Source of the DNA: an uncultured Phycisphaerales bacterium
GTDB lineage: Bacteria > Planctomycetota > Phycisphaerae > Phycisphaerales > UBA1924
DNA length: 64,000 bases
Reading direction: 5' to 3'
NCBI GenBank assembly: GCA_963976955.1
Contig: CAXBMD010000003.1
Span: 147,464-211,463, forward strand
In this document: piece after piece, positions 20,743 to 30,704 of the stretch
Layout of the letters: every line of letters starts with the position of its first letter
How positions within the stretch are numbered: the stretch's first letter is position 1
Translations under genes and position numbers: made by a program
Notes under the pieces: model-generated
Seen by the model: the letters and a program-made list of their open reading frames with translations, nothing else
Database searches by the model: none
Told to the model about the DNA's origin: nothing

Positions 20743-20940
20743 ATGACCGGTACAGAAGTACGAGCGTTGAAAGATGAAGAGATCACAGTTGAGCTGGGTC
20801 GCCTGCGGAGTTCACTCCTGGCAATCAAGAGCAAGAGTGTGACTGAAAAGATCGAAGACACCACGCAGTTTGGCAAAGTCCGCAAGGACATCGCCCGGCT
20901 CCTGACCGAGCAGACCGCACGGCAGAACAAAGATTCCTGA
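20743..20940 (+). CDS. rpmC: 50S ribosomal protein L29
   Basis: EVRALKDEEITVELGRLRSSL is present. The start is taken at the internal ATG (M16 of the ORF-track ORF). Confidence 0.9.
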   Translation: MTGTEVRALKDEEITVELGRLRSSLLAIKSKSVTEKIEDTTQFGKVRKDIARLLTEQTARQNKDS

Positions 20941-20948
20941 GGACGACT

Positions 20949-21209
20949 ATGAGCGATACAGAAGTCAAAGGTGCGAAGATTGGTGTTGTGGAAACCGACG
21001 CGCGGGACAAGTCCCGCAAGGTCGTGATCCAATACAAGGCCCCGCACCCAAAGTATGGCAAGTTCGTGAGCAAGCGCACCGTGTTGCATGTTCATGATGA
21101 AAACAATGAATCGCATACAGGCGATGTGGTCGAGATCGTGCAATGTAGCCCGATCTCGAAGACGAAAAGCTGGAAGATCTCCAAGATCATCGAGCAACGA
21201 AGTATTTGA
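20949..21209 (+). CDS. rpsQ: 30S ribosomal protein S17
   Basis: GVVETDARDKSRKVVI...HDENNESHTGDVVEI...PISKTKSW is present. Confidence 0.95.
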   Translation: MSDTEVKGAKIGVVETDARDKSRKVVIQYKAPHPKYGKFVSKRTVLHVHDENNESHTGDVVEIVQCSPISKTKSWKISKIIEQRSI

Positions 21210-21258
21210 CAACACCCCCCAGCAGTGTGCTGGGGTTTAGGAAGAAGGCAGGGCGACC

Positions 21259-21645
21259 ATGCTCCAGCAAGAATCCAGATGTGAAGTAGCGGACAACTCC
21301 GGCGCGAAAATCGCTTATGTTATCCGTGTGTATGGCGGCTCGACTCGTCGTGACGGCCAAACCCGTAAACAGGCGTACATTGGCGATAAGGTCCTGATCA
21401 GTGTCAAGAAGGCACTCCCAGGGTCGGAAGTCAAGAGCGGTGAAAAGTACAAGGCAGTCCTTGTCCGCACAGCCAAGTCTACTCGCAGAAAAGACGGTTC
21501 GTATGTGAAGTTTGACTCGACCGCGGTCGTGCTCATCAACGACGATGGAAATCCAAAGGGCACACGCATCTTTGGCCCTGTCGCTCGTGAACTCCGCGAA
21601 CGAAACTACATGAAAATTGTTTCCCTTGCTCCGGAGGTGGTGTGA
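21259..21645 (+). CDS. rplN: 50S ribosomal protein L14
   Basis: VADNSGAK...[25 protein letters not shown] is present. Confidence 0.97.
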   Translation: MLQQESRCEVADNSGAKIAYVIRVYGGSTRRDGQTRKQAYIGDKVLISVKKALPGSEVKSGEKYKAVLVRTAKSTRRKDGSYVKFDSTAVVLINDDGNPKGTRIFGPVARELRERNYMKIVSLAPEVV

Positions 21646-21977
21646 TGCCAAGGCATGTACGCAAAGGCGATCAGGTAATAGTCACCTCGGGCGACCATAA
21701 AGGTCAGTCCGGTGAGATCCTTGAGATTCTGACCAAGTCAGACAAGGTTCTTGTCAAGGGTGTGAATGTCAAGTCCCGGCATGTTCGTCCGACACAGATC
21801 AACCCCAAGGGTGGGATCGTGTCCAAAGAGATGCCGATGCATATCTCGAATGTCAGCCCAGTCGTTGATGGTAAGCCCACACGAGTGCGGTTCGAGACTA
21901 AAAAAGACGGCTCAAAGGATCGCGTAGCGGTCCGTGGCGGAAAGTCACTCGGACAGGTCAGCGGGCCAAAGTCGTAA
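21642..21977 (+). CDS. rplX: 50S ribosomal protein L24
   Basis: A KOW motif ([21 protein letters not shown]) is present. The start overlaps the rplN stop by 4 nt. Confidence 0.95.
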   Translation: MMPRHVRKGDQVIVTSGDHKGQSGEILEILTKSDKVLVKGVNVKSRHVRPTQINPKGGIVSKEMPMHISNVSPVVDGKPTRVRFETKKDGSKDRVAVRGGKSLGQVSGPKS

Positions 21978-22030
21978 CCAATACACACAGCTTCGCTGGA
22001 TAATCCAGTGAATCAATCGGCGGATAAGTC

Positions 22031-22657
22031 ATGGCAAAGAAAGACAACTTCGATCAAGCAACGCTCGACGCAGCATCCCAGGCAAGCACGCCTCGGTTGC
22101 AGACGCAGTTCAAGGACACCGTGTGTCCAAAGATCACCGAAGAGTTCGGGATCAAGAACACCATGGCGATGCCGAAACTCGAAAAAATCACGCTCAATGT
22201 GAACATCGGTCGTCACCTCGACGGCACCAAGGTTCCGAACAATGTTCGCGAAGCTGTTCTCCATACCCTGACGACCATCACTGGTCAGAAGCCTGTGAAG
22301 ATCGCTGCGAAGAAGTCGGTATCGAACTTTAAGGTTCGTGAAGGCTACGAGACCGCGTTTAAGGTGACTCTCCGTCGTGACCACATGTGGCACTTCATGG
22401 ATCGCCTGATCAACATCGCGACACCTCGTATGAAGGACTTCCGCGGGTTGAGTGACAAGTCATTCGACCGTCAAGGAAGCTACTCGATGGGCCTGACCGA
22501 GCAGGGTGTATTCCCTGAGATCAATATGGCAGATCAGAACTTCACCCACGGTATGAACATCAACTTCTCGTTCAGCAAGTCTGATCCAAAGCTGAGCCGG
22601 TTCGTCCTTGCCGAACTGGGTATGCCGTTCAAGAAGCCAGAAGAAAAGAAGAAGTGA
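22031..22657 (+). CDS. rplE: 50S ribosomal protein L5
   Basis: PKLEKITLNVNIG...FRGLS..SFDRQGSYSMGL.EQ..FPEI is present. Confidence 0.95.
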   Translation: MAKKDNFDQATLDAASQASTPRLQTQFKDTVCPKITEEFGIKNTMAMPKLEKITLNVNIGRHLDGTKVPNNVREAVLHTLTTITGQKPVKIAAKKSVSNFKVREGYETAFKVTLRRDHMWHFMDRLINIATPRMKDFRGLSDKSFDRQGSYSMGLTEQGVFPEINMADQNFTHGMNINFSFSKSDPKLSRFVLAELGMPFKKPEEKKK

Positions 22658-22672
22658 AAGAGGAACTAACAC

Positions 22673-22858
22673 ATGGCTCGTAAATGTCAAATCGCTAAAA
22701 GCAACCGGACCCCAAAGTATCCGACCCGACATGTTCGCCGTTGTCAACTCACCGGTCGTGCACGAGGCGTCTACCGCAAGTTCCGTATCTCCCGCATTAT
22801 GCTCCGCAAGCTTGCTCTTGAAGGCAAGATCCCCGGGATGCGTAAAGCAAGCTGGTAA
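22673..22858 (+). CDS. rpsN: 30S ribosomal protein S14 (short 61-aa form)
   Basis: [32 protein letters not shown] is present. It lacks the full 4-Cys zinc site of type-Z S14. Confidence 0.93.
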   Translation: MARKCQIAKSNRTPKYPTRHVRRCQLTGRARGVYRKFRISRIMLRKLALEGKIPGMRKASW

Positions 22859-22935
22859 GAAGAACACCGCTTTGATGAATGAACTCTCGCGGCATGCCCA
22901 GGCGTGTACCGCACTGACAGAAAAAGGTATATACG

Positions 22936-23334
22936 ATGACGATCAGTGATCCAGTCGCAGACATGTTGACCCGAATCCGCAACGCGACACGCAACCGTGC
23001 CAAGAGCGTGATTTGCCTCAACAACAAAGTGTGCCAGGGTGTAGCCGGAGTGTTGAAGTCCGAGGGCTATATCAATGACTTCGAGGTTGTCTCTGACAAC
23101 AAGCAGGGCACCATCCATATCGATCTCAAGTACGGCCCACGCGGCGAAGTACTGATCCATGAGATCAAGCGGATGAGCAAGCCCGGTTGCCGTGTCTATC
23201 GCGGGAGGGAAAAGATTCCAGCCCCGATGCAGGGTCTCGGTATTACGATTGTTTCCACAAGCAGCGGCGTGCTCTCTGACCGCGTCTGCCGTGAGAAGAA
23301 TGTTGGCGGAGAACTCCTCTGCCGCGTGAGCTAA
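22936..23334 (+). CDS. rpsH: 30S ribosomal protein S8
   Basis: DPVADMLTRIRNA and GGELLCRV are present. Confidence 0.97.
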   Translation: MTISDPVADMLTRIRNATRNRAKSVICLNNKVCQGVAGVLKSEGYINDFEVVSDNKQGTIHIDLKYGPRGEVLIHEIKRMSKPGCRVYRGREKIPAPMQGLGITIVSTSSGVLSDRVCREKNVGGELLCRVS

Positions 23335-23415
23335 CTGAACTGATGGATTGATGCACGGCTGGAATCCCCGGTCCAATGACGACCGGAAGACGACGACAGC
23401 ACGAAAGGAAGAACA

Positions 23416-23970
23416 ATGTCCAGACTCGGTAAAAAACCTGTTCAGATCCCAGCAGGGGTGAAGGTGAACATCTCAGGACGAACGATCACGATTGAGGGTC
23501 CAAAGGGCTCACTCAACTTCGAGCACCGTTCAGAGGTTCAGGTCTCGCATGACGAAGATGGCAAGGTCATCAATGTCGTTGTTGATGAGAAGCTTCTCGC
23601 CAAGGACCGCGCCAACCGCGCGTACTGGGGCACCACCCGTTCGATCATCGACAACATGGTTGTCGGTGTCACCAAGGGGTACGAGAAGAAGCTCAACATC
23701 GTTGGTGTCGGTTGGACCGGCAATGTCAATGGCAACAAGCTCGCACTCAAGGTTGGCTACGCCAACCTGATCGAGATGCCAATCCCCGAAGGCGTCACCG
23801 TCACCGCTGAGAAGCAACTCGTGACCGTCTCCGGTGCTGATAAGCAAGCAGTGGGGCACTTCGCTGCTTCGGTCCGTGCGAAAAAGAAGCCTGAGCCTTA
23901 CAACGGCAAGGGTATCAAGTACCTCGACGAGGTCATCACACGCAAGCAGGGCAAGGCATTCGGTAACTAA
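23416..23970 (+). CDS. rplF: 50S ribosomal protein L6
   Basis: SRLGKKPV.IP.GV and PEPYNGKGIKY are present. Confidence 0.97.
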   Translation: MSRLGKKPVQIPAGVKVNISGRTITIEGPKGSLNFEHRSEVQVSHDEDGKVINVVVDEKLLAKDRANRAYWGTTRSIIDNMVVGVTKGYEKKLNIVGVGWTGNVNGNKLALKVGYANLIEMPIPEGVTVTAEKQLVTVSGADKQAVGHFAASVRAKKKPEPYNGKGIKYLDEVITRKQGKAFGN

Positions 23971-24008
23971 TACGATCGCATACTGATCGCTCAGAGCGAT
24001 CGTGAGGT

Positions 24009-24380
24009 TTGAAAATGAACAAGAACAAAGCAAAAACAGTACGCCGGACTCGCCGCAAGATCGGCATCCGCAAACGGGTCATCGGTACCCCTGAGCGTCC
24101 CCGTCTGGCCATCTTCCGGTCGTTGAACCACACCTACGCCCAGGTCATTGATGACATGGCTGGTGTGACACTGGCGAGCGCTTCAACACGCGACAAGGGT
24201 GTGAAGATCGAGGGTTCAAGCGGCAATGTCGCTTCAGCCAAAGCAGCGGGCAGCGTGCTCGCCGAGCGGGCAAAGAAAGCCGGTATCGAAGCAGTTGTCT
24301 TCGATCGTGGCGGATTCAAGTTCCACGGCCGTGTTAAGGCCTTCGCAGATGCTGCTCGTGAGAGCGGACTCAAGTTCTGA
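24009..24380 (+). CDS. rplR: 50S ribosomal protein L18
   Basis: [19 protein letters not shown] and [24 protein letters not shown] are present. Confidence 0.96.
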   Translation: MKMNKNKAKTVRRTRRKIGIRKRVIGTPERPRLAIFRSLNHTYAQVIDDMAGVTLASASTRDKGVKIEGSSGNVASAKAAGSVLAERAKKAGIEAVVFDRGGFKFHGRVKAFADAARESGLKF

Positions 24381-24397
24381 ACGAAAGAGATACCACA

Positions 24398-25150
24398 ATG
24401 GCAGAAATGCTTGACGAATCAAAATCAATCGAGTCGCATACCGTCGGTATTTTCCGTACGGCAGCGACTGTCAAGGGTGGTCGACGCTTCAACTTCGGCG
24501 CTCTCGTCGTCTGCGGTGACCGGAAGGGCAAGATCGGCTATGGCTACGCCAAGAGCCCTGAAGTCCCAACCGCGATCGAGAAGGCTGAGAAGCACGCCCG
24601 CTTGAACATGATTTCCTTCCCGATGACCGGGACGACCTTGCCGCATGAAACCATCGGCAAGGCATGTGCGAGCCGCGTGATTCTGGTACCGGCTTCGCCT
24701 GGTACCGGTGTTGTTGCGGGCGGCACCATCCGTGCGGTCTTGGAAATGGCGGGCATCACTGACTGCCTGACCAAATCCACCGGGTCCAACTCCAAGATCA
24801 ATGTGGTTCGCGCCGTGTTCGACGGTTTGAGCCAACTCCGCACCCGCGAAGACATCGCGGAGCTGCGTGGTGTTGAGATTGAAACTTCCGATATCGAAGA
24901 ACGCGTGAAGCGCGGACAACGATTCATGCCTGTCCAATCCGAAGGCGAAAAAATGGCTGCACCTGTCAACACCATCGGTCAAGACCGTGGTCGCGGCGGA
25001 CGCGGTGGCGGTCGCGGCGGACGCGGCGGCAATAGTGGTGGTGGCCGAGGTGGACCAGGTGCTGGTCGCGGCGGACCAGCTGAAGGTGCGGCACCAGCTG
25101 CTCCAGCAGCGGACGCACCGAGTGCACCAAGTTCAGAGAGTTCTAGCTAA
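24398..25150 (+). CDS. rpsE: 30S ribosomal protein S5 with a C-terminal RGG-rich tail
   Basis: The S5 core (VKGGRRF.F.ALVV.GD..G..G.G..K) is followed by about 60 aa of GRGGRGGGRGGRGG... and Ala/Pro/Ser-rich sequence. Confidence 0.95.
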   Translation: MAEMLDESKSIESHTVGIFRTAATVKGGRRFNFGALVVCGDRKGKIGYGYAKSPEVPTAIEKAEKHARLNMISFPMTGTTLPHETIGKACASRVILVPASPGTGVVAGGTIRAVLEMAGITDCLTKSTGSNSKINVVRAVFDGLSQLRTREDIAELRGVEIETSDIEERVKRGQRFMPVQSEGEKMAAPVNTIGQDRGRGGRGGGRGGRGGNSGGGRGGPGAGRGGPAEGAAPAAPAADAPSAPSSESSS

Positions 25151-25204
25151 ACAGATTTACGCAAACCGGTCGTACAGTTGTACGACTCCCGGGAGTAACC
25201 GGTC

Positions 25205-25819
25205 ATGATGATTCACGAAGTCACCGCTATGGCGGGTAAGTACAAACAACGCAAACGCATCGGCCGCGGTGTCGGTTCAGGCAACGGCAAGACCTCAGGT
25301 CGCGGTCACAAGGGTGCCGGCTCACGCCGAGGCAACTCGAGACTCGCGCAGTTCGAGGGTGGCCAGATGCCATTCTTCCGCCGCATGCCGAAGTTTGGTT
25401 TCACCAACGCGAACTTTAAGATCCACTTCTGGATCGTCAACCTCGCGGCGATCATCGATCACCCAGACTTCAAGTCCGGTGGCGTGGTCAACCAGGCTTC
25501 GCTCATCAAAGCGGGTTTGGTCCGCGACGAGTCCCGCAACCTCAAGATCCTCGGTGATCTTCCAGAGGGTGTTGATTCGCTCAAAGTGAAGTTCGATGTC
25601 ACCGCCAACCGCATCACCGGTCCAGCCCGCAAGCTGATCGAAGACGCAGGTGGTAAGGTTGACGAACTCGGTACACGCCGAGATCGTGTCCGCGGCATCG
25701 ACCGAAACTCGGACGACCAGACTCCCAAGAACCTCACCAAGAAGCTCAAGAAGCAAGACTGGCACCGCAAGCGTGACGAAGCGTTCGCTCGTGGCGAGGT
25801 TCTTAAACCCAAGAAGTAA
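25205..25819 (+). CDS. rplO: 50S ribosomal protein L15 (extended C-terminus)
   Basis: RIGRGVGSGNGKTSGRGHKG...FEGGQMP..RR.PK.GF is present. At 204 aa it is about 55 aa longer than a typical L15. Confidence 0.93.
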   Translation: MMIHEVTAMAGKYKQRKRIGRGVGSGNGKTSGRGHKGAGSRRGNSRLAQFEGGQMPFFRRMPKFGFTNANFKIHFWIVNLAAIIDHPDFKSGGVVNQASLIKAGLVRDESRNLKILGDLPEGVDSLKVKFDVTANRITGPARKLIEDAGGKVDELGTRRDRVRGIDRNSDDQTPKNLTKKLKKQDWHRKRDEAFARGEVLKPKK

Positions 25820-25966
25820 TCCTCGGATATTCCGATGGCTGATTTACACGCCGGGGTCGATCAACCGCTGAACGATGGGAATACCATCCCCGGTCACGGA
25901 TGATCGGCCCCGTCTTTATTTGTCAGTATTGGGTGCCTTTATCCGGGCACACGGAGTGAATGATTC

Positions 25967-27352
25967 ATGCTCTTTCAGACCATCATCAATGTCTTCCGGA
26001 TTCCGGAACTACGGAACAAGATCCTCTTTACCCTCGGTATGCTCGCAGTGTACCGAATCGGTTTCTGGATCCCGGTTCCGGGTGTTGATCAGGGTGCGTT
26101 GACTTCATTCTTTGAGCAGCAAGCCGCGGCGGGTTCGGCAGCCGGTCGTTTGTCGCAGTATGTCGCGATCTTCTCTGGTGGTTCATTCGGTCAATCCACG
26201 ATCTTTGGTCTTGGGATTATGCCGTACATCACGGCGTCGATTATCTTCCAGCTCTTCCAATCCGTGTCACCACAACTCAAGAAGCTCAAAGACGAAGGGC
26301 CAACGGGGTACGCGAAAATCCAGGAATGGACTCGTTATGCAACCGTTGGTTTGTGTTTGGTTCAAGCGGTCGGATGGTTGACCTATATCACTCGCTCGGG
26401 TCTTGTCTACGAAGCATGGGCTCATAACCCACTCTGGTGGATCATGGGTATCGCGGCTCTGACCGCGGGCACCATCTTCCTGATGTGGCTCGGTGAACAG
26501 ATTGATAGATTCGGTATCGGGAACGGTGTTTCGCTGATTATCATGGCGGGGATCCTCACCGGGATGCCCGGTGCGGTGATGAGTGTCATCGGGAACTTTG
26601 ATGCAGCGGATCCAAACAAGATGGGCTGGATGGGCTTGATCCTCTTGCTCTTCGGCTTCGTCCTCATCGTTGCTGGATCGGTTTTGCTCACGGTTGCTCA
26701 GCGCCGGATCCCTGTACAGCAAGCGAAACATACTCGCGGTAACAGAACTTTCGGTGGTCAGAAAAGCTACCTCCCACTCAAGGTCAACCACGGCGGCGTT
26801 ATGCCCATCATCTTCGCGTCCTCGCTCATGGTCTTCCCATCGGTGGTGTTTAGCGCCCTGATGGATCAGGCGCAGAACGCACATGCGACCGGTACATGGG
26901 TCACCATTGTTGCTTGGCTCAGCCAAAGCTTCCAGATGGGTGCGTTCCCATATGTCTTCTTGTACATCATCATGGTTTACTTCTTCAGCTACTTCTGGAT
27001 CACCGTCCAGTTCAATCCTGAAGAGATGTCCAAGCAGCTCCGCGATCATGGTTCGTTCATTCCCGGGCTCCGTCCTGGACCTCGCACGGCTGAATATCTC
27101 GAAGCGGTTATGGAACGGATCACCTATGTCGGTGCGGCGTTCCTCGCGATCATCGCGGTCCTCCCGATGGTCGTCAACTCACAACTCAAAGTGGATTTCG
27201 TAGTCTCCCAGTTCTTGGGTGGTACGGGTCTGCTCATCGTGGTTTCCGTTGCACTCGACTTCCTCCAGCGTGTGGAAGCCAACCTGCTGATGCGGAACTA
27301 CGACGGATTCCTCGGCGACAGCGATACCGGGGAAGGTAGATCACGCTCGTAA
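25967..27352 (+). CDS. secY: Preprotein translocase subunit SecY
   Basis: The protein has ten TM segments and motifs LGIMPYITASII and GNGVSLIIMAGI, and it sits after rplO. Confidence 0.97.
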   Translation: MLFQTIINVFRIPELRNKILFTLGMLAVYRIGFWIPVPGVDQGALTSFFEQQAAAGSAAGRLSQYVAIFSGGSFGQSTIFGLGIMPYITASIIFQLFQSVSPQLKKLKDEGPTGYAKIQEWTRYATVGLCLVQAVGWLTYITRSGLVYEAWAHNPLWWIMGIAALTAGTIFLMWLGEQIDRFGIGNGVSLIIMAGILTGMPGAVMSVIGNFDAADPNKMGWMGLILLLFGFVLIVAGSVLLTVAQRRIPVQQAKHTRGNRTFGGQKSYLPLKVNHGGVMPIIFASSLMVFPSVVFSALMDQAQNAHATGTWVTIVAWLSQSFQMGAFPYVFLYIIMVYFFSYFWITVQFNPEEMSKQLRDHGSFIPGLRPGPRTAEYLEAVMERITYVGAAFLAIIAVLPMVVNSQLKVDFVVSQFLGGTGLLIVVSVALDFLQRVEANLLMRNYDGFLGDSDTGEGRSRS

Positions 27353-27385
27353 GAGCAACTCGGGTCCTGTTTGGGCCCAAATTTG

Positions 27386-27425
27386 GAGCGTTTCAGTGTC
27401 GAACTGAAGTTTTGAACGCTCTTTT
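27386..27425 (+). terminator. Rho-independent-type hairpin after secY
   Basis: The GAGCGTT...AACGCTC stem contains an inner TCAGT/ACTGA stem and is followed by TTTTG. Confidence 0.4.
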
Positions 27426-27586
27426 GACCGGGTCTGAGAGATCGGTGCATGACTCACCGAACAATCAGGCCTACCATCGTGACCCGAGAAATTGCGTGGA
27501 GCATGATCTCGGATCGACAATATAACAGTACGAATCGGGTTTGCCCGATTGAAGGCTTCGCTCTATGACGGGCGAGGGAGGTTCAG

Positions 27587-27703
27587 ATGAAAGTTTCATC
27601 AAGCGTCAAGCGTCGCTCGAAAGATTGCCAGATTGTCCGCCGCAAGGGCAAGGTATTTGTGATTAACAAGAAAAACCCTCGTTTCAAGCAGCGTCAGGGC
27701 TGA
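27587..27703 (+). CDS. rpmJ: 50S ribosomal protein L36 (38 aa), below the ORF-track cutoff
   Basis: Hand translation gives [38 protein letters not shown]. An SD GGGAGG lies upstream, and the gene sits before rpsM. Confidence 0.9.
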   Translation: MKVSSSVKRRSKDCQIVRRKGKVFVINKKNPRFKQRQG

Positions 27704-27812
27704 AGCCCCGATTGATTTTGAATCGTGTGAACTGATTAACGACCGGCTGCTCCGAGGTGAACTCGTCCGCAGCGCACTGCTTGGCAAATCGCCAAGATGA
27801 CAGGAGATTCCA

Positions 27813-28190
27813 GTGCCCCGTATCGCAGGTGTAGACATTCCAGATCGCAAGAAGATCTATTATTCGTTGCAGTACATCCACGGCATCGGCAACAAGTTTG
27901 CTGGTGACATCCTTACGGAAGCCGGGATCAATCCCGACACCAAGGCGATGGATCTCTCCGAGACCGAGGTTTCGACGCTCAACTCAATCGTTGACAGCGC
28001 GTACCTCGTCGAGGGTGCCCTGCGTCGTCAGGTTCACCAGAACATCGCTCGCCTCCGCGAGATCCGCTCATACCGCGGCGATCGTCACCGTGCGGGTCTT
28101 CCGACCCGTGGCCAACGCACCCGCTGTAACGCACGCACCCGTAAGGGCAAGAAGCGTACCGTTGCAGGCAAGAAGGGCGTGAAGGGCTAA
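27813..28190 (+). CDS. rpsM: 30S ribosomal protein S13
   Basis: PRIAGVDIP..K....L.YI.GIG and RG.RH..GLP.RGQRT are present. The start is GTG. Confidence 0.96.
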   Translation: MPRIAGVDIPDRKKIYYSLQYIHGIGNKFAGDILTEAGINPDTKAMDLSETEVSTLNSIVDSAYLVEGALRRQVHQNIARLREIRSYRGDRHRAGLPTRGQRTRCNARTRKGKKRTVAGKKGVKG

Positions 28191-28317
28191 ACAGCTTTGA
28201 ACAATATTCGGGTGCACCCATGTGGGTGCACCCGGTTTCGTGTACATATCAACATTTCGCAAGGTTCCAGCCCTCATTGAGGGAACCACAAGTGGAACCG
28301 TCAGGAGCGATCGAAGA

Positions 28318-28704
28318 ATGGCAAAGACAGTCAAAAAAGCAAAGAAGGTCCGCAAGGGCGTTACCCGTGGGATCGCGCACATCAAAGCGACGCACAACAA
28401 TACCCTCATCACCATCACCGACACCAACGGCGAAGCGCTCGGTTGGGACTCGGCTGGAACCATCGGCTTCAAGGGTGCTCGCAAGGCTACCCCGTTCGCC
28501 GCGACCCGTGCTGGTGAGCAGCTCGGTCAGAAGGTCCGCAAGATGGGCATGAGCGAGATCGAAGTCAAGATCACCGGCGCTGGTGCTGGTCGCGAGAACG
28601 CTGTGTCGGGTCTCGCATCCACCGGCCTCCGCGTCACCGCAATCGAGGACCACACCCCGGTTCCTCACAACGGTTGCCGTCCCAAGAAGAAACGCCGCGT
28701 CTAG
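28318..28704 (+). CDS. rpsK: 30S ribosomal protein S11
   Basis: [19 protein letters not shown] and [13 protein letters not shown] are present. The ATG at 28318 (M33 of the ORF-track ORF) is used. Confidence 0.96.
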   Translation: MAKTVKKAKKVRKGVTRGIAHIKATHNNTLITITDTNGEALGWDSAGTIGFKGARKATPFAATRAGEQLGQKVRKMGMSEIEVKITGAGAGRENAVSGLASTGLRVTAIEDHTPVPHNGCRPKKKRRV

Positions 28705-28864
28705 TCGACCGGCTTAAAGCCCCGTCATGCATCGCATCTCGGGGTTTGTCATTGAAACAGTCTTTCGTGGAAAGAAAGAGCGACGCCGACAGCAGCAGGG
28801 CGTCAATCTGTGAACCACGCGAGTGTTTGGACCCTTGAATGTCCCTGCTGCGGAGAAATAAACT

Positions 28865-29866
28865 ATGCGTGTACGCTGGCGCGGGCTTGAACTGCCCTCC
28901 CGGGTGACCCCGGACGAAAAATTTACCGCCGATACCTTCGGTCGCTTCACCGTCGAGCCTTTCGAGCGCGGCATGGGTACGACCATTGGTAACTCGCTGC
29001 GTCGGATCCTGCTTTCCTCACTCGAAGGCGCATCCGTCACCGCTGTCAAAATCAAGGGTGCTGAGCACGAGTTCACCTCGATCGCTGGCGTCCTCGAAGA
29101 CACCACCGACATCATCCTGAACATCAAGAACCTGATCGTCAAGTCCGAAGGCGATGGCCCCCGCGTCATGAAGCTCGCGGCACAAGGACCAGGCGAAGTC
29201 ACCGCTGACCTCATTGAAGCTGACAGCAATGTCACCATCGTGAACAAGGACCTCGTCATCGCGACGCTCACCGAGCCAATCGCGTTCGAGATGGAAATCC
29301 ATATCGATAAGGGCCGGGGATACATACCTGTTTCCGAGCAGGACCTCCGCAACGACGAGCAAGAGATCGGGATTATTCCGGTCGACGCGATCTACTCACC
29401 TGTTCAGCGTGTTCGCTACCAGGTCGAGAACACCCGCGTGGGGCAGAAGACCAACTACGACAAGCTGATCATGGAAATCTGGACCGACGGCACTGTCACC
29501 CCAGAGATGGCACTCGTCGAGTCGGGCAAGATCCTCCGCAAGCACCTCAACCCATTCGTTCAGTACTTCGAGCTCGGCGACGACCGTGTTTCGGAGAATG
29601 CCGCTGCTGCAGCTGGTGTGGACGAAGAGTTGATCCGCAAGCTCAACATGCCAACCGAGCAGCTTGATCTGTCGGTTCGTGCGAGCAACTGTTTGGAATC
29701 CGCACGCTTGGACACCGTTGCTCAGCTGGTCATCATGACCGAGCCAGAGCTTCTCAAGCTGCGTTCGTTTGGTCGCACATCGTTGCGTGAAGTGAAGCGT
29801 AAGCTTCTTGATATTGATCTCGATCTCGGGATGGAACTTCCCGAAGGATACACCATTCATCAGTGA
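28865..29866 (+). CDS. rpoA: DNA-directed RNA polymerase subunit alpha
   Basis: GTTIGNSLRRILLSSL is present, and the C-terminal domain has LDLSVRASNCLE...L..RSFG..SL.E. Confidence 0.97.
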   Translation: MRVRWRGLELPSRVTPDEKFTADTFGRFTVEPFERGMGTTIGNSLRRILLSSLEGASVTAVKIKGAEHEFTSIAGVLEDTTDIILNIKNLIVKSEGDGPRVMKLAAQGPGEVTADLIEADSNVTIVNKDLVIATLTEPIAFEMEIHIDKGRGYIPVSEQDLRNDEQEIGIIPVDAIYSPVQRVRYQVENTRVGQKTNYDKLIMEIWTDGTVTPEMALVESGKILRKHLNPFVQYFELGDDRVSENAAAAAGVDEELIRKLNMPTEQLDLSVRASNCLESARLDTVAQLVIMTEPELLKLRSFGRTSLREVKRKLLDIDLDLGMELPEGYTIHQ

Positions 29867-29942
29867 TTTGAGTTTGACTCACTGTTTGATATACACCAAT
29901 GCGACGCGGTGAGCGCGTCGTAGAGAAAGAAGGAACCGAGTC

Positions 29943-30611
29943 ATGCGTCACCGCAAAGCCGGATTCAAGTTGGGCCGCACCACAGCGCATCGCCAAGCGA
30001 TGCTCCGTAACATGGCGGCAAGTCTCTTTGAGCATGGTCAGATCACCACGACCATCCCAAAGGCCAAGGCACTCAAGCCGTTCGTTGAGAAGATCATCAC
30101 CAAAGCCAAGCGCGGTGACCTTCACTCACGCCGTCTTGTGATCTCGATGCTCGGTCAAGACCGACGCGCGTTTGCATGGGCGCATATCCCTAAGGGAGCG
30201 ACCGAAGAGCAACGCGAGTCGATCCAAGAGCAACGCGAGTTTGTTGAGGGGTTCTTTGATATCCCTGACTCAGACCAGATCGAGCGCAACCGCTACGGCG
30301 AGCTTCGCAAGGCACCACGCATCGTCAAGCACATCTTTGACAATGTTGCTCCACGCTTCGAAGATCGCGCCGGTGGATACACCCGCATCGTCAAGCTCGG
30401 ACAGCACCGTCTCGGTGACGCCGCTCCGCTTTGCGTGATCCAGTTTGTCGGGAACGAAGAAGGCCCCGAGATCGGTGGCTCACCAAGCTCCCGTCGTCGG
30501 ACCGCTGATCGTCGCACCGCATTCGCTGCCAAGCTCCGCAAGGACGCTCCGAAGGCTGAAGCACCAGTCGCAGCCGCTCCAGAAGCGGATGCTCCTGAAG
30601 CCGAATCCTGA
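29943..30611 (+). CDS. rplQ: 50S ribosomal protein L17 (expanded to 222 aa)
   Basis: MRHRKAGFKLGRTTAHR.AMLRN and GGYTRIVKLG are present. There is an internal insertion and an Ala/Pro/Glu-rich tail. Confidence 0.93.
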   Translation: MRHRKAGFKLGRTTAHRQAMLRNMAASLFEHGQITTTIPKAKALKPFVEKIITKAKRGDLHSRRLVISMLGQDRRAFAWAHIPKGATEEQRESIQEQREFVEGFFDIPDSDQIERNRYGELRKAPRIVKHIFDNVAPRFEDRAGGYTRIVKLGQHRLGDAAPLCVIQFVGNEEGPEIGGSPSSRRRTADRRTAFAAKLRKDAPKAEAPVAAAPEADAPEAES

Positions 30612-30640
30612 GCGAACCAGTCATCCTTTGACTATCCTTA

Positions 30641-30670
30641 CACTGTCCGTCCAGCGGGCAGTGTTTTTTA
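30641..30670 (+). terminator. Rho-independent terminator after rplQ
   Basis: The hairpin CACTGTCCG-TCCAG-CGGGCAGTG is followed by TTTTTTATT. Confidence 0.7.
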
Positions 30671-30704
30671 TTGAAACTGACCACGAATACGCGATCCAAT
30701 ACCC

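Noticed and set aside
28705-28864. A possible degraded rpsD between rpsK and rpoA.
   Set aside because: The gap is only 160 nt and shows no S4-like translation in any frame. It contains a hairpin (AAGCCCCG...CGGGGTTT) instead.
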